From Amoebophrya sp. A120 (lineage: Eukaryota > Protista > Dinoflagellata): a DNA stretch of 64,000 nt. The notes beneath the pieces are model-generated. The model did not search any database. It had not been told where the DNA came from and worked only from the letters and a program-made list of their open reading frames with translations. Below, piece after piece: positions 38,035 to 50,713 of the stretch (within the stretch, counting starts at the first letter, position 1; each line of letters begins with the position of its first letter). The DNA is taken from contig CAJINV010000004.1 in NCBI GenBank assembly GCA_905178155.1, positions 2,932,921-2,996,920 of the forward strand, written 5' to 3'. Position numbers and translations under genes: made by a program.

Positions 38035-38780
38035 TTTTTTGGGCTACTCCCTGTGTAGAAATTTCTCGGTCGTATTTTTTTTTCTGACTGCGAGTTATTT
38101 CTGAAACCGATCAAGACGCAAAGTCTCAAGCTTTTTCCTACCTAGCGACGGGGCGGCTCTCGGTCAACATTTTAGTGCGCCTGTTCAAAAGTGTAAAAAT
38201 ACTCTCGTCCAAATACTTTATCTTCCGAGGTTGTAGCGAATTGGTGACGACGATAGTTGCTCCGAGTATGATGCTGATGGAACAATCGAATCGATCCCGA
38301 TCGCGACTCCTCTGCCATGTTGAAAATAATGCACTTTCGGGCAGCAAGACATCCACAACCTAATTGACATGATCTTGTTCCGGGCGAGCAAATCCAAATT
38401 GACACAGAAAATACCAGTACTGCAACATAATACAAACAGAATCTGAAGACGGAAGAATATTCGCGCAAGAAAAAAACTCCAGAAAGACCAAACACAAGGC
38501 CGCCAACCACCAGTGGCTCTGGCTGGGGCTGCCGACGAACTACTTAGGTACATGGCTAGTACCCGCAGTTTTTGTAGCAGTTTTTCTATGTTAGTACTAC
38601 CAAGATGACTAGTTGAATGATGACACCTGAGGAGTGCCGTCGTGGTCTCTCTTTTCGAGAAACCCACTTCTCACCCGGCAAGAAGAGGAGGCGTTTACGT
38701 CTCTTCCACCAGGATAGTTTTTTTCTTCATTTCACATTCACTACAAGAATCTAAGTACTCCACCGAGGAATTATATTAAT

Positions 38781-41700
38781 TTAGAAACGGTTCATCTCTA
38801 CACTGCCAACTGAACAAATGGTGCCGGGGTCTTTCTTGTTCGTACTACTCATCTGCTCGAGTTGCGGTCGTTCTCCTTGTTCTTCATCTAGCAAGAACCC
38901 GTCTATGTCGACCGTTTCTTGGGAATTGATCCTGGTAAAAATATTCAGCTGGCTTCTACTTCGGGCTGCTCCTGCACTGTGTACTAGCTCCTCCAACGAA
39001 GCAGATCGTGCAGGCACCACCCGGCCCGAAACGTGCGACATCACCGTGGCCGACTCAGCAAGATCCTCAAGAACAGGATCATGCTCGTCCACTATTGTGC
39101 TGCCTTGCATCTGGATTTGCTGTTGATCTACTAATCCCGTCGGGTAGAAGTAGTTTCCGTTCCTCTGCAGTTCTCCTTCTTCCACCTCCGCCGAGCTTTT
39201 TTTCTTCCCTTCCAGTTTTTCCAGCCGCTGGCGCAGTTCGTCTACCTCGGCCTGCAAGTCATCGACGGGGTCCCCGAAAAACTCCGTCACAAACTCCCCG
39301 ACGCAGGACGCCCGACGGATGCCCATGAACAGCAGAATGCAGGCGTAGACCACCATCACCTCCACATAGGGAAACGTCGCCAAGACGTTCGGCAAGGCGG
39401 TCTCCCAGGTCGGGCACTTCACCTTCTGCACCAGCCCAATGCCGTGGCAGTCTGGCATGCGGGTCCTGCGGGGTTCTTGTTGTGGGTTGGAAGAACTAGT
39501 ACCTGAAGCAGAAGCTGGAGATAAAGTCGAAAATGAATCATCTCCATTTGAAGATGACTGTCGCCCCTGCTCCCCATGGTCTAGCCGCCTGCTTGTCGTA
39601 CTACTAGAAGAAGTACTAGTTGAGGGGTAGACATAGGTTGTTGTAGCAGGTGGCACCCCGAGCAGCTTTTGCATTTCATAGGACTTGAATTCGTTCAGCA
39701 CGTGGGTTGGTAGCCGCTCGGAGAAACAATCCTTCCCTTCGTTATACCAGGAATCGATCGCCCCATAAGACTCGCACGTCGGGCTCGGAACGGCGTTGAT
39801 TATATCATCAACTCCCGGCGTCAACACATTGTTCTCGGAAAGAACAACAAAATCTTCTTGTGCCGTATTTTCTGTTTGATATCGGTCGGTATGCAGCTCG
39901 TGTTCGAACGGTTCCTCAGAAGGTGCGAAGGTGGTGCTGGTGGTCGCGGAGACTTTATTGTCTTGTTTGCTACCTTCGCTACTCGCCTCCGCCTCGTCGG
40001 TGATCCCCGAATAATTGGAGGCTCCGCCCAGCACTCCCGCCCTGCTTTCCCGTGCCTGTCGCGCCTCTGCATCCGTGGTGCAGTGAATTTGACAGAACAG
40101 CGTGCGATATCGAGCGCAAATACATATCTGGAGCAGGAAAAATGGAAAATTTGCTTTGCAATTCGCGGACCACGCACATCATGGTCATCTCGTCTGGAAT
40201 GCACAAAAAATTTTGCGAGACCTTCTTGTTCATGATGCCTCTCCAGCAAGAGCAGCCTGCCTTTAAAAGCCTAGAAGAAATAAACGGACAGCAACTTTTG
40301 GGATTCGTGCAATACAGATCATGTGCTTTTTGTGAAGATCGGAACTACTTCGGATGACAAGCCGCATCCTTCCAGACCCAGATCGATTTTTGCAGCGCAT
40401 ATGCGGAAATGCGTTTCGTCGTCGCCTTCGAACCAGAAAGGTTCCAGCATCCGCACCGAGCAAATGCTCCAGCCTTCGTGCGCCTGGCGGAAGTTGCCGT
40501 AATCTCCCGCGTTCATGCCACAGGCGCGGCCGACGTGGCTGTGCGGCGGGAGGTCACCGTGATCTACTTGTGGATTATTTTCATTTTCCGGAGGACCGTC
40601 TGTGTCTGTCGTGCTTGTATTGTCGATAGAAGTACTTGTTCTCTCAGACTGCTCTGTCTCGCCGCTACTAGTACCACCTGCAAGATCATTATCATTTTGC
40701 AAGGCCGCTGCATCAAGAACCAGTCGTGCGTCGATCGCGGAAGTGGTCGTGCTCGTGCTGGATGAGCTGGCTTGTTTCCCTACGGCGGAGGAGGGTAATT
40801 CAGCATGATGTAGCTGAGGATGGACACCAACATGATCATGCGCTGTTGCACTTTCTACACTTTTGCTCGTGTGGTCCTCCGCGAGAATCCGCCTCCTGGT
40901 TCTGTGCCGAGTAAGAACCTGGCTTCTCGTTGCTTGCGCATCTACTGCTTCGGCAGTCGTGGTACCAGGAACCGCCGAGGAACCCGGAGCCGGCGTCGTG
41001 CTACTACCGATGGAGAGCGTGCTGCTGCTCCCGTGGTATCCGTAGATGGAAGAAGCGGTGGTGGTTCCCAAGAAAGCCAGTCCCGCCTCCATCTGGCAGG
41101 TTTGCATGTTCTGCATTGCAAAGCTATCGCACTAGCATAAATTGCATTACAAATTTTGGCAAGAAGACAAGCGGAATTTGTAATGGTGTTTTACCTTAGA
41201 AGGGAGATTGCAACTCGTACGAGCTGCACGATATTTTTGCACAGGATACATGTAGTGGCGGAACAAAACCAATACGCTCGAGCCGAGCGCGCCAACCAAC
41301 GTGATCGCGAACGGCGCTAATTGCCACCACTTCAGAATTTTCGCCGCTTTCTGCTGCTTCAGTTGGTGGTGCATCCGGTAGGGCAGAAACGTCCCGAGCA
41401 CCGAGAGAAACAGCCGGCTCAAGCATCCGATCGGCTTTTTCTGTTTTTTTCGTGTGGTTGATTTTGATGCATTTCTAGAGGTCGTCATATCGTCGTCGTG
41501 TTTTGCGTCCGAGGCTGCAGACGGGCCTTCCTCTATGATCATACTGGAAGTGCTGGACCGTGAAAGGCCACGGCGCGGCCGCACAGAAAGCTGGCGACCT
41601 TTATCGGGGGATAATGATAAATTCTGGCAGTTTCTCCTATTTTTACTGCTGCCTGAGCCTCGCTCGTCAACATCTGCAGGCGGTCTGCTGCTGGGTGGAA

Positions 41701-41842
41701 TAGAGTGAAAAGACGACGCGGCAAGAGCCGTGTGCTGGAAACTAGCGCTGCGACTGGGTACGGCAGAGGCGAAAGATGCTGCGCCACCACTATTCGGTCG
41801 TCCCGAATTAGCGTTGGTTCTTGACCTCGACGATGACAACAT
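38781..41842 (-). CDS. Hypothetical two-TM protein with a large Cys-containing loop and C-terminal coiled coil
   Basis: TM-like WWQLAPFAITLVGALGSSVLVLF and FPYVEVMVVYACILLFMGI. Joined across introner 41110-41248 (HYM-QTCQ) and GT-AG intron 40128-40348 (LSSE-ICIC). Confidence 0.62.
41110..41248. mobile_element. Introner, family A, reverse orientation (139 bp)
   Basis: tctgcattgcaaagctatcg...cgatatttttgcacaggata; direct repeat catgt. Confidence 0.9.
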
Positions 41843-44535
41843 CTTTTTCTTTGCCAAGTTCCTCTAATTAGGTGAAAGACTCAACAAAAGGATCCGCCTG
41901 ATGAAGATGTAGATGATTGCAGATCGGTCTTCACGGAACACCGGGCACTGAAGAAGATGACCGAGGGTCATTTTTTTTCCTGGACGATGCAACAACTGGA
42001 CGTCGAACGATGACTGTCATTTCCATTTCCACCGAACAGCCCACAAACTAATAGGTAGCCAGAAGGAACCGGAGGATCAGGATGTGGATGAACTACATCA
42101 AAAAGAAAAACAAAGTGGTTGACCACACACACGAAACCGATCCAGGACCAATGCGTACACTACCGATGGAAAGCTCAGTCGTTGTCGTAAGCCTTCTGTT
42201 ACACTCTTCGTCTTCCACGGTCAAAGCCAGTTTCAGCTTCAGGCCGCATAGCTGCGTCTTGCTTTCGTTTTTGTTTTTTACTTCTACTGAAAAAGATAAA
42301 ATATCTGCGCGTGCGTCGGTAGTACTTTTTTTGGTAAACATAGGTTTCAAAGTCTGCGACTGCAACTTTAGCGTGAGAAGTGCCGATCCGATGGCGATGT
42401 CCTTCCCTCCATACTCGTAGCCGGCTCCCGCTCCGGCACCAAAAATTACTATATTTTCCCTATCCACAACATCCTTGTTAAGGTTATTTCACCAGCAGGA
42501 GCATGCTACCACAAACGGTCTACTCATCGCCTGTTCGCTCGTTGCAACGACAACAGGAAGTTGTAGATCACGCTTGTAATAACACCTGCAACATTTTTGT
42601 TTCACCACAATTTCAAGGCCTTAACAACTGGCGCTGTTGAAAATGATGCGTCGCGCAGGCTGACGCTGAGCATTCTCGACGAATGGACGAGAAAGCTGCA
42701 GCGTCAAGCACAAAACAAAAGGTCAAAGTAGAGTGACTAGAAAAGGAGTTCGAGGTTTGATCTGAATTAAATCAGATCGCTTTGCTTTTGGTCGTCGTGG
42801 TCTAAAAAAAGCATTGGCTGCTTCACAGCAAGAAATACTTCTAGGTTGCGGTCTTGTGTTTCCTTGTTCCATTACACAAATGGTCCCTGCTACACAATAT
42901 ACTTTTTTGGACTATACTTTTTTACGTTCGTTTTCACAAACATCTTCCCTGTTGCAAATGATCCTCTGTACGAGGCGGCTCAAAATATCTTGCTTTTCTT
43001 GTTGACCAATACAAGCTTTTATTTTTGAGCCAACGTCGTCGGGATAGCGCTGACGTTCTTACCTGGTGCAATTTGAGTTTGTTCTTGTTGTGCTGTTCTA
43101 CTTCGAATTATTTATTGTTACTTTCATCTGACAGCTCCCGCACCAAATACAAGCGATTTTGGATAAATCATCTGGCCCGTTTCTGTCTGTGCAATGGCGC
43201 GCTTAAATTTCAATGAAGTGGATCAGTGGCCACAAATAGAAATTTTACTTTTTAGTTTACAACCCCTTGCGTCGTCCTCCGAGTGGAAAACCGATCACAA
43301 AGAGGAAAGTTAAATACGGCCATAATTCCTGTGCATTTGCCACATTTTTGCTCAATGCTCCTGTACAACAGAAATTCTTTGCTGCAGTACAGAGCGCCGC
43401 GCGCAGACGCGCTGGCGCCATCAAAAAACAAAATGAAAACAAACAGATACTATCAAGATATTGAAAACAAATCTGATACAAGAAGATTAGAAGCGTTACC
43501 TGCCAGATTCGATACCAAAACTGTACTTTTTTTCTTGTTCATCCCATGCCCATCGACAGAGTTGTGAGCTAATCATATGACAAGGTTATTGGTCGTTCTT
43601 AACGTAAGAAAGACGCACTACCCGTTTCAATAGAGCGGTATAATCCTCGAAGTGACATTCGTTCCAACACTTCGAGCCGTGTTTATACTGCTATTCTTGT
43701 TGACCCATTGTGATTGTTCGAACTGCAATATTAAAGCTCGCGGACTAGTTAAACATCTCCCTTCTATACTGTACTTCTATTTCTAATAACCTGTGCAAAC
43801 TGATAAAGGTTTTTTTCGTGTTCGTTCGAGTTTTTGTTCAGCGTAATAAGCGAAAGCGAAACGGAAACATGATATTCTTCAACACTGGCGACAGCACGAC
43901 TTCCCACCGCTGCTACAATTGCCGACGTGCTCGCCTATTTTTGCTGTTTGCTAGTCTGGAAAAAGTATTCTTCAAATTTTTGCAATTGGTAGAATGAAGT
44001 TCAAATGTACTGGAAAAAAGGTTCATCTTCTCCCGCGAAAGTGTAACAGTTCAAGTTGAAGTTTTATTTCATCCGAACAAGAAGTTTCAAAACAATAAAG
44101 AAGCTCAGCTGCGGGTTGTGCTTTAGATATTTACGAAAAGTTTATTGGCCTGACGTAAGTAAAGCTCTCATACTGGTTGAAGATTTGTGTCCTTGCGTAA
44201 ATTTTTCTACTGTAGCGACTTGTTTTGGTCGTGTTGCAAATTTTAGTTCAAGCTGCGCGATCAGCTATAGCTTTTTCTTTGAGTTCTTCTCTTCCAGCTT
44301 CTAAACTGTCTACTCATCAGGTTTGATGTTTGCTGTAGTTGTTTTCTTAATTTGTTGTGTTTCTCTGCCATAAAGTAGATGGTGCTTTTTCTAGTATGCG
44401 ATTTTTACGCCTTCATCTGGATTGATTGATGAGTTGTTATTTTTGTTGCGTAATTTTTATCTCCTATTGAAACTCCTTCTGAAGCCTTTAGTCTATAATC
44501 TGCCGTCGATGTGCGACGGCACCTTCCTGGAACGG

Positions 44536-47500
44536 CTACGCAGTGACCTCCATACTAGCGCCGTGCCCATTAGCTGTGGCGCCAGCGTCGGAATGCCCGT
44601 AATTGTCTTGTAGCCAGCGACGCATCTCCTCGGTTTTGTACCGGAATTGACCTGTTCAGAATCATTTTGGAAATACTTATAGAAGCGCCCTGCAATGTTT
44701 CGTCTTTAGTTGTCATGCATTTCTTATTAGTACTATACCTATGCGTATGCGTTAAACCTAAAGGGCACTGCTGGAGAATATGAATAAGTAAATTTGTATT
44801 CATTGCCTACAAGAACCAACCTCTTCCAAAACAAAGCATGATCAATCTATACGATTCGAGTCTTTCATTGTGGGTGTGGACGGATGGTGGCCTTCCTCGC
44901 GCCGTTCCTTGGGTACGTCAGCCAGGTAGAGCTTGTACTCCGGGAGGTTTTTCAGGGTCTTTGCGAGCCTCTCCGTGCGCTTTTTGTCTTGCGCTTCTTG
45001 GTTCAGTTTCTGCTGTTCCTCATCGATCGGCTCAGATACGGAGGACGCGGAAGAACGGGGATAATTGCCTGATTTGTATAAATAAATTTTCGATCATACC
45101 ATAACCATACGGCTACGGTTCCAGCACATTCAAGAACTTCATATCGCACTTGAATGAAGTAGCAACATCACGTTCACGGTGACAACATAACAAGAGAACA
45201 AATAAAAAGCGTTGGTCCACCAAGTTACTTGGACTTGCACCACCAGATCTAGACTGAATGTCTACGTCAACACAATCAACTACGAGTGCAGCTGGCATCG
45301 TGGCTACAACACGCGCAGCGCAAATTATGTCAATATAGTACCTTCGTCCGCGTTTTTCTTTCTCTCCTTGGTCCCTGAAGTACTGCTGCCTCCTGACCCC
45401 GGTCTTTCCACCTGCTCCCCTAAAAGGTTCAGCTTTGGCGAGGCTTTCAGCCTATTATTCCTATTTCCGTTTTTGATGTCTGGTGTGTCTCCCCCGTTGT
45501 TCATCATAGGTGGTACTGCGACTGCGTTGTTCAGATACAGATTCAGCTTTTTCTTCTGTCGCTGCTTCCCGTAGTTCCCCTCGACCGGAGTCCACCCGAC
45601 CACGTAGGGCGCCATGATGAAATCGCCGGAAAGCACACTCATCGTCGCATCGCCGTTGCTGGTTGGCGTGTCCATGCCCGACATTGTGGAGGCGATCAGC
45701 ATGTTGTTGTTTGTACCATGTACCCCGGACGAGTTCCCCCGATTTACAACTGCTCCCGCACCTACGCTGGGTGGATTCATCGGTGTGATGATGGTCGTTC
45801 CTACTTGATGATGTTGGCCGCCTACGGAGACAGACGATGTTCGAGACACGCCTGCCGCTGCGTTGAGGTTGCCGTTGTTCACAACATCCCCTGTCGTGCC
45901 AGAAGTTGCTGCACCACCATTGGCCTGTGGCTGTGGTCTGTTTTCCCCCTCAGGAGCTGCCCGGACTTTGCTACTGGGCCCCGCGGAGGAAGAAGTCGAC
46001 GTGGAGGTCGAGGTGGAGTTGGTCGGCTGGAAAAGGATTCCGTTGCTCCCCGTCAGATCGATCTTCTGCATCTTCTGCAGGTACCCCGCGTGCGCGCTGC
46101 TTGCCGGCGTGAGGCAGTCGCGGGTGCGCTTGATGCCCTGTCCGGCGGGTACCGTTTGGAAGCAGGTCACCTGCGTGCCGCCCGGAAAACCACCTGATTT
46201 TTATAATGAATTTCTTTTCGTGCTGACACTATATTTGACTTGTGCATGTTGGATTGTTGATTGTACAACAAACAAATAACTAAAAAATCGGTCGTCGTCG
46301 TTCTCGTAATGCTAATGAAGCCTACTTCACGTCAACGTCTTCCTTCATGTTCTCGAACTCGACAACGTACGCCAGTAGGATGAAGAATGTAAACATCATG
46401 GGGAACGCCGGGAACAAGCAGTCCGTTATCTTCATGCACAAAAAAAGACCAGCAACCACCTGTTCTTTCACTTTCGAGTTTTACCTGGTATGAACGCCGG
46501 CGCGCTTGCGTTTAACGTGCTATTCGCCACGGTTTCGCTGACCGACGGGACTTTTTTCTGCACGACCTGCGACTTTTCCTTGTCCTCCTCCGTCAGCGTC
46601 TTGCCGAAGGCCGCTGCCCAGTTCGCGGGCGCGGGTCGCTCCTCAAAAATTTTCTTCGGCGACGGAGCAGCTGCTTCGTCCACGCTCATCTTGTCGTCGT
46701 CTTCCTGTATCGGATCCCCTGAGTCCGCGGCTTTCCCGCCCTTGGACACGCCTTTCTTGCCGCCTGAGAGTGGAAGTAGAAATGAATCTGCACAAGCACA
46801 ACGCTTTTACAGCGTACACACAAAAAATGTAATTGATGCGTTCTATCTTCAAATAAACCTAAGCGTAATCTGCCCAAAAGGTGGTATTATGATGGACCAC
46901 CACCGTGGTGGTCCATCTCCATCGCATCATAAATAAAGAAGAATCTCATCTCAAAATTACCTTTATGATCCGATGAGCCCTTCGTTCCTTTCTTGGAGCC
47001 CTTGTGGTCTACATGCGGCGAGTCGCCCCTGCTCTTTCCCGCACCCTTTGCTCCACCGGGCGTTATGTCCTCGGACACCTCGGCACTTTTTCGCGGGCCG
47101 CGTTCTGTCGTGTTTTTTGGAAAAAAATTCAATTTGATTGATTGTCTCCATACATTTTCATTTTGATTTTCACAATTACAGGTCTTTGAAGAAAAAAAAA
47201 TGAAAGATAATTTTCATCCAAAAAAAAACAGTACCACGCTCCGTTCTTTTCGTGCTGCTGTAGCTGGAGTGTCCGAGCACGATTTTCGTCGTGGCCTTTT
47301 TCGCGCCACCATCCGCGACACTAGCTGTCCTGGTGGTCCTGTTTTGCTGTGAAACTGTATTTGCGCCGGCGGTCATTTCTTGTTCCTTACTGATGATCTC
47401 CATCAGCGAAGGGGCGTTCTTTCGCTTTGACCACGCGTCGCTATTTTTATCCTCGTCGTTGTCCTCATCATCGACTTTCCCCCATTTCTTCGTCGTCGGT

Positions 47501-49017
47501 GGTGGAGCGGTCGGTGCTGCAGCTGGTGGGGGCTTCGATGCATTCGAAGTCGAGGTATTTTTTTTGTTGCTTTGTCGTGTGTTGTTACTGTTCTTCAGAT
47601 CTTTTTGGTCCATTTCGTCTTCTTCATCGTCGCTGCGCATATCGGCCCAGCGCTTGCCCCCTGTGGACGGCTTATTGTTGTCTTTGGTCGTCGTGGTCTT
47701 CTGTGCGGATCCAGCAGTAGGAGCTGCAGTACTACTACCTCCGTTCCAGGTGCTGCTTTTCGCGCCGCCGCCGCCCGGACTGGGTTTACTCACCATTTTC
47801 GCGACTTTGTCGATGTCCGATTCGTCGACACCGGAGGTGATCCGCATCTTGGACGCCGACGCCGACTCGCTTTCCGGCTGTGTGGCCAGCCGCTTCGGCT
47901 GTTTTGGAGGAACAGCTGCTGTACCAGTAGTTCCACCGGCCGCAGTATTTGCTTTACTATTTGCTACAACCGTGGTGGAGCTGCTGCTACTGCTTGAGCT
48001 CGTCGCCGAGGCGACGCCCGATGCAGGTTGTTGTTGACCAGTCCCACCTATCAAATGCAAAAATGTCTGCGTCTGGAAGAGTGCAAGATTTGTCATGCAT
48101 ATTTCTCATGACCCATGATGTCTGTAATGCATGACCTAGCATCGCAGACTTTTAGAGGGCTTCCTGATGCACGTTCCGCATGAGAAATGCCCTGTCCGCG
48201 TCGTGCAAATTGTCCCGCTCTTGGTGGTCATGCAATACAGATTTTTTTAGAGTCCAAAAACAGCATCACAAGTTCCAACCTTCCAGACCCAGACATTTTT
48301 ACATTTCATACCACCTATAACCTTCTTGTTCCCCGCAGCTTGTCCGAAGCTGCTCCGCGAGCTGCTCTTGCTGCCCGCCAGGCGATCGCTCTCCAGCTGC
48401 TCGTCATTCTGAAACCGCTCTTCCACGCCCCGAAAATTCAACGCTGCGTTGTTTAGCGACCGCTCCAGCTCCAGGTCGGCCGCGTCCAGATCGGTGCGCT
48501 TCTTGTAGGAGTAGCTGTCCGCATTGTCGCGGATCTGCAGCTGGGAAAGCCCGGGCGTGGGCTTGTTCAGGTTGATCTGGGCGGGTGCTGTTCCTGCAAC
48601 AGCTCCTCCAGCTGCAATTCTAGATGTTGACGTAATTCCGGACTTATTTGTTGCCCCTCCTGGTGCTCCGGGTCCCTTTTTGTTGTTCTCACCAGGATCG
48701 CGACGGACGCTGTTTTGATTTTTTTTATATCCGTTCGAGCTTTTTCTCCTTTTTGGATGGAGATTCAATCAATAATCCTTTGTTCTTTTCATTCATTGTT
48801 CTGACACTTTATCCCTTCTTCACGTTTTATTTCTCATTCTCACGCAGCGTGGCCGTGGCTTACTGCGCTTTACAACTTGTCATGCAGTTTGTAGTGCAAA
48901 AGCAGCATCGGAAGAAATAAAGTATTCGTTAACATGTCGAAAATAGAAGTACAAGAATCCATCCTCGTCGCTGTCTTCGTCACTGGTGTAGTCGGCCCAG
49001 TTCTTTTTCGCCGTCAT
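44536..49017 (-). CDS. Low-complexity protein with PAM2 motif and C-terminal SLBP-like RNA-binding domain
   Basis: Phase-compatible GT-AG introns 48710-48952, 47105-47234, 46764-46960, 46194-46484, 45069-45341 and 44652-44852, plus introner 48049-48310. PAM2 is STLNASAPAFIP; the SLBP-like stretch is KNLPEYKLYLADVPKERREEGHHPSTP..SNRQF..MRRWL. Confidence 0.68.
48049..48310. mobile_element. Introner, family B (262 bp)
   Basis: tatcaaatgcaaaaatgtctgcgtctgg...ccagacccagacatttttacatttcata; direct repeat ccacc; the join gives VIGG-TGQ. Confidence 0.93.
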
Positions 49018-50713
49018 TTTACCAAAATGCCTTCTGTTCAAAAACTAAACCGGTGTGGGTGCTGTGCCTTCAACTCCTCCACAGTCGTGCTGCGTTCTTG
49101 TAATGTACCAGAGAGATGATGTTTGCAGGAGGTGGGTGCGCCCGGACCGGACCCGGGGTTGCGAAGGCCACAAATTATATTTCTACTTTTTCGCGATGTT
49201 ATTTAATTGTATTTTATGGCACTTGATCGAGCGAAGCAGAGAAGTAACTCCTACTAGTGGTTTTTCTTTGAATTGTTTTTCAGCACCATGATGATTTCCG
49301 AGCGTCGGTCGCGAGGGCAGATGATAGGAGAAGCGCCGTCAGTTTTCAAAGCTTTGCTTTTATTAACCAACTTTCTTCCTACCTCTCGTTTGTTATTGTT
49401 TCGCTCGCACGTGCTGGCTCTTCTCATCGAAATGACCTAGTACGGCTTACTTTCCGCTCTGAGTACTTAGACGAGTCGTGACCTACGTGTCGTGCTTCTT
49501 TTGCAGCGCTCCTACTTTTTTACTCACGATATAATATCTTTCCCAACTCCACATCCACCACTCTTTTTTCAACGATTTTTCACTCCGGTCTAATCGCCCC
49601 TAATCTGAAAGAAAGATAACGTCTCAAGCAAGAAGATAGTTGCTCCACAAAAAATTCAGAACAAATTTGTAAATGGAAACTCACTGCACTTTTTCACTAT
49701 TACCTTCAACATCAGAAAATAAGTAAGTGGATATTTTTCACTACTCCCCGTGACACGTGGAAATCTGTAAGTAGCTTTCCGCACTTAGCAAGAGATGATG
49801 AAAACCAATCTCGATTGCTAGGACGGACCAAGCTGGAAAATGATATATGTGTCGAGAGAAGTACTTTGGTATGTGTGCGCAGTAAAAATATTATAGTGAG
49901 TGCTACTACTTAAAGTTAAAAATGCATATTCTTGTTGAGGAGCGATACTTATCAACGCGCGCGTCGCAGACGCGGGAGAAAAATGATAGAAGTAGAGATG
50001 TATGCTCCTTCTAGTGAAATAGGATGGGTAGCCACGGAAAATGAGGGACCTGGGGTGGTAGTTCAAGATTCGCAATGATGTTGATGACTCGAGTAATCCG
50101 AATGAAAATTTTGAGTGCAGTTTCGAAATCAGCCACATCTACGAAGCCGGCAGCGGCAATTCTTCGGTAAAATAAAACGATTTTTGTCGTGCTGAATGTA
50201 GTAACCAACACCGAAAAAGTAAAAAGAAAACCGACCGCAGAGTTTTTTTTGTTGTTACGGGCACGATGTTGAGGAAGCGCGTACTTCTGATATTCTTCCT
50301 GTTGTACGTGGTGCATGGTACGTGTGCGGTCTTGAAACCTGCTCTACGAAAAAATAAAACCATCTACGATAAAAGCTTTGTGTGTTGGTTGCGTCGCACG
50401 ATGTTGCCATAATTCTACTTGCTTTATTTCGCACGAAAACGAAGGACAGAACATGAAAAAAGTCAAAACCGAATCTCTTTGTGTTGCAGAAAAAGTACAA
50501 TAAATCGACCGAGCCAATCTCCACACTGAGCTGAATAATATAAATGGAAAAACAAGGGATTGAATTTCAACCGACATAATCGGAAAAAAAGGGAGAGTCC
50601 GTTGATGCTTGCGCGCCATGTGGAAAAGCCATCGATATACGAAAAGATTTTCATTTCCGATGGTACGATGGATATTTCTTCGATTAGGTGATTCTTGTTC
50701 TTCTCTTATGCAG

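Noticed and set aside
42093-42467. ORF with VIFGAGAGAG, resembling a Rossmann motif
   Set aside because: No ATG start, a stop lies just upstream, no further dehydrogenase features and no exon partners found.
46322-46435. 37-aa ORF MKITDCLFPAF... as an exon or nested gene
   Set aside because: Lies inside inferred intron 46194-46484, and its phase does not fit the next exon; unsupported without RNA data.
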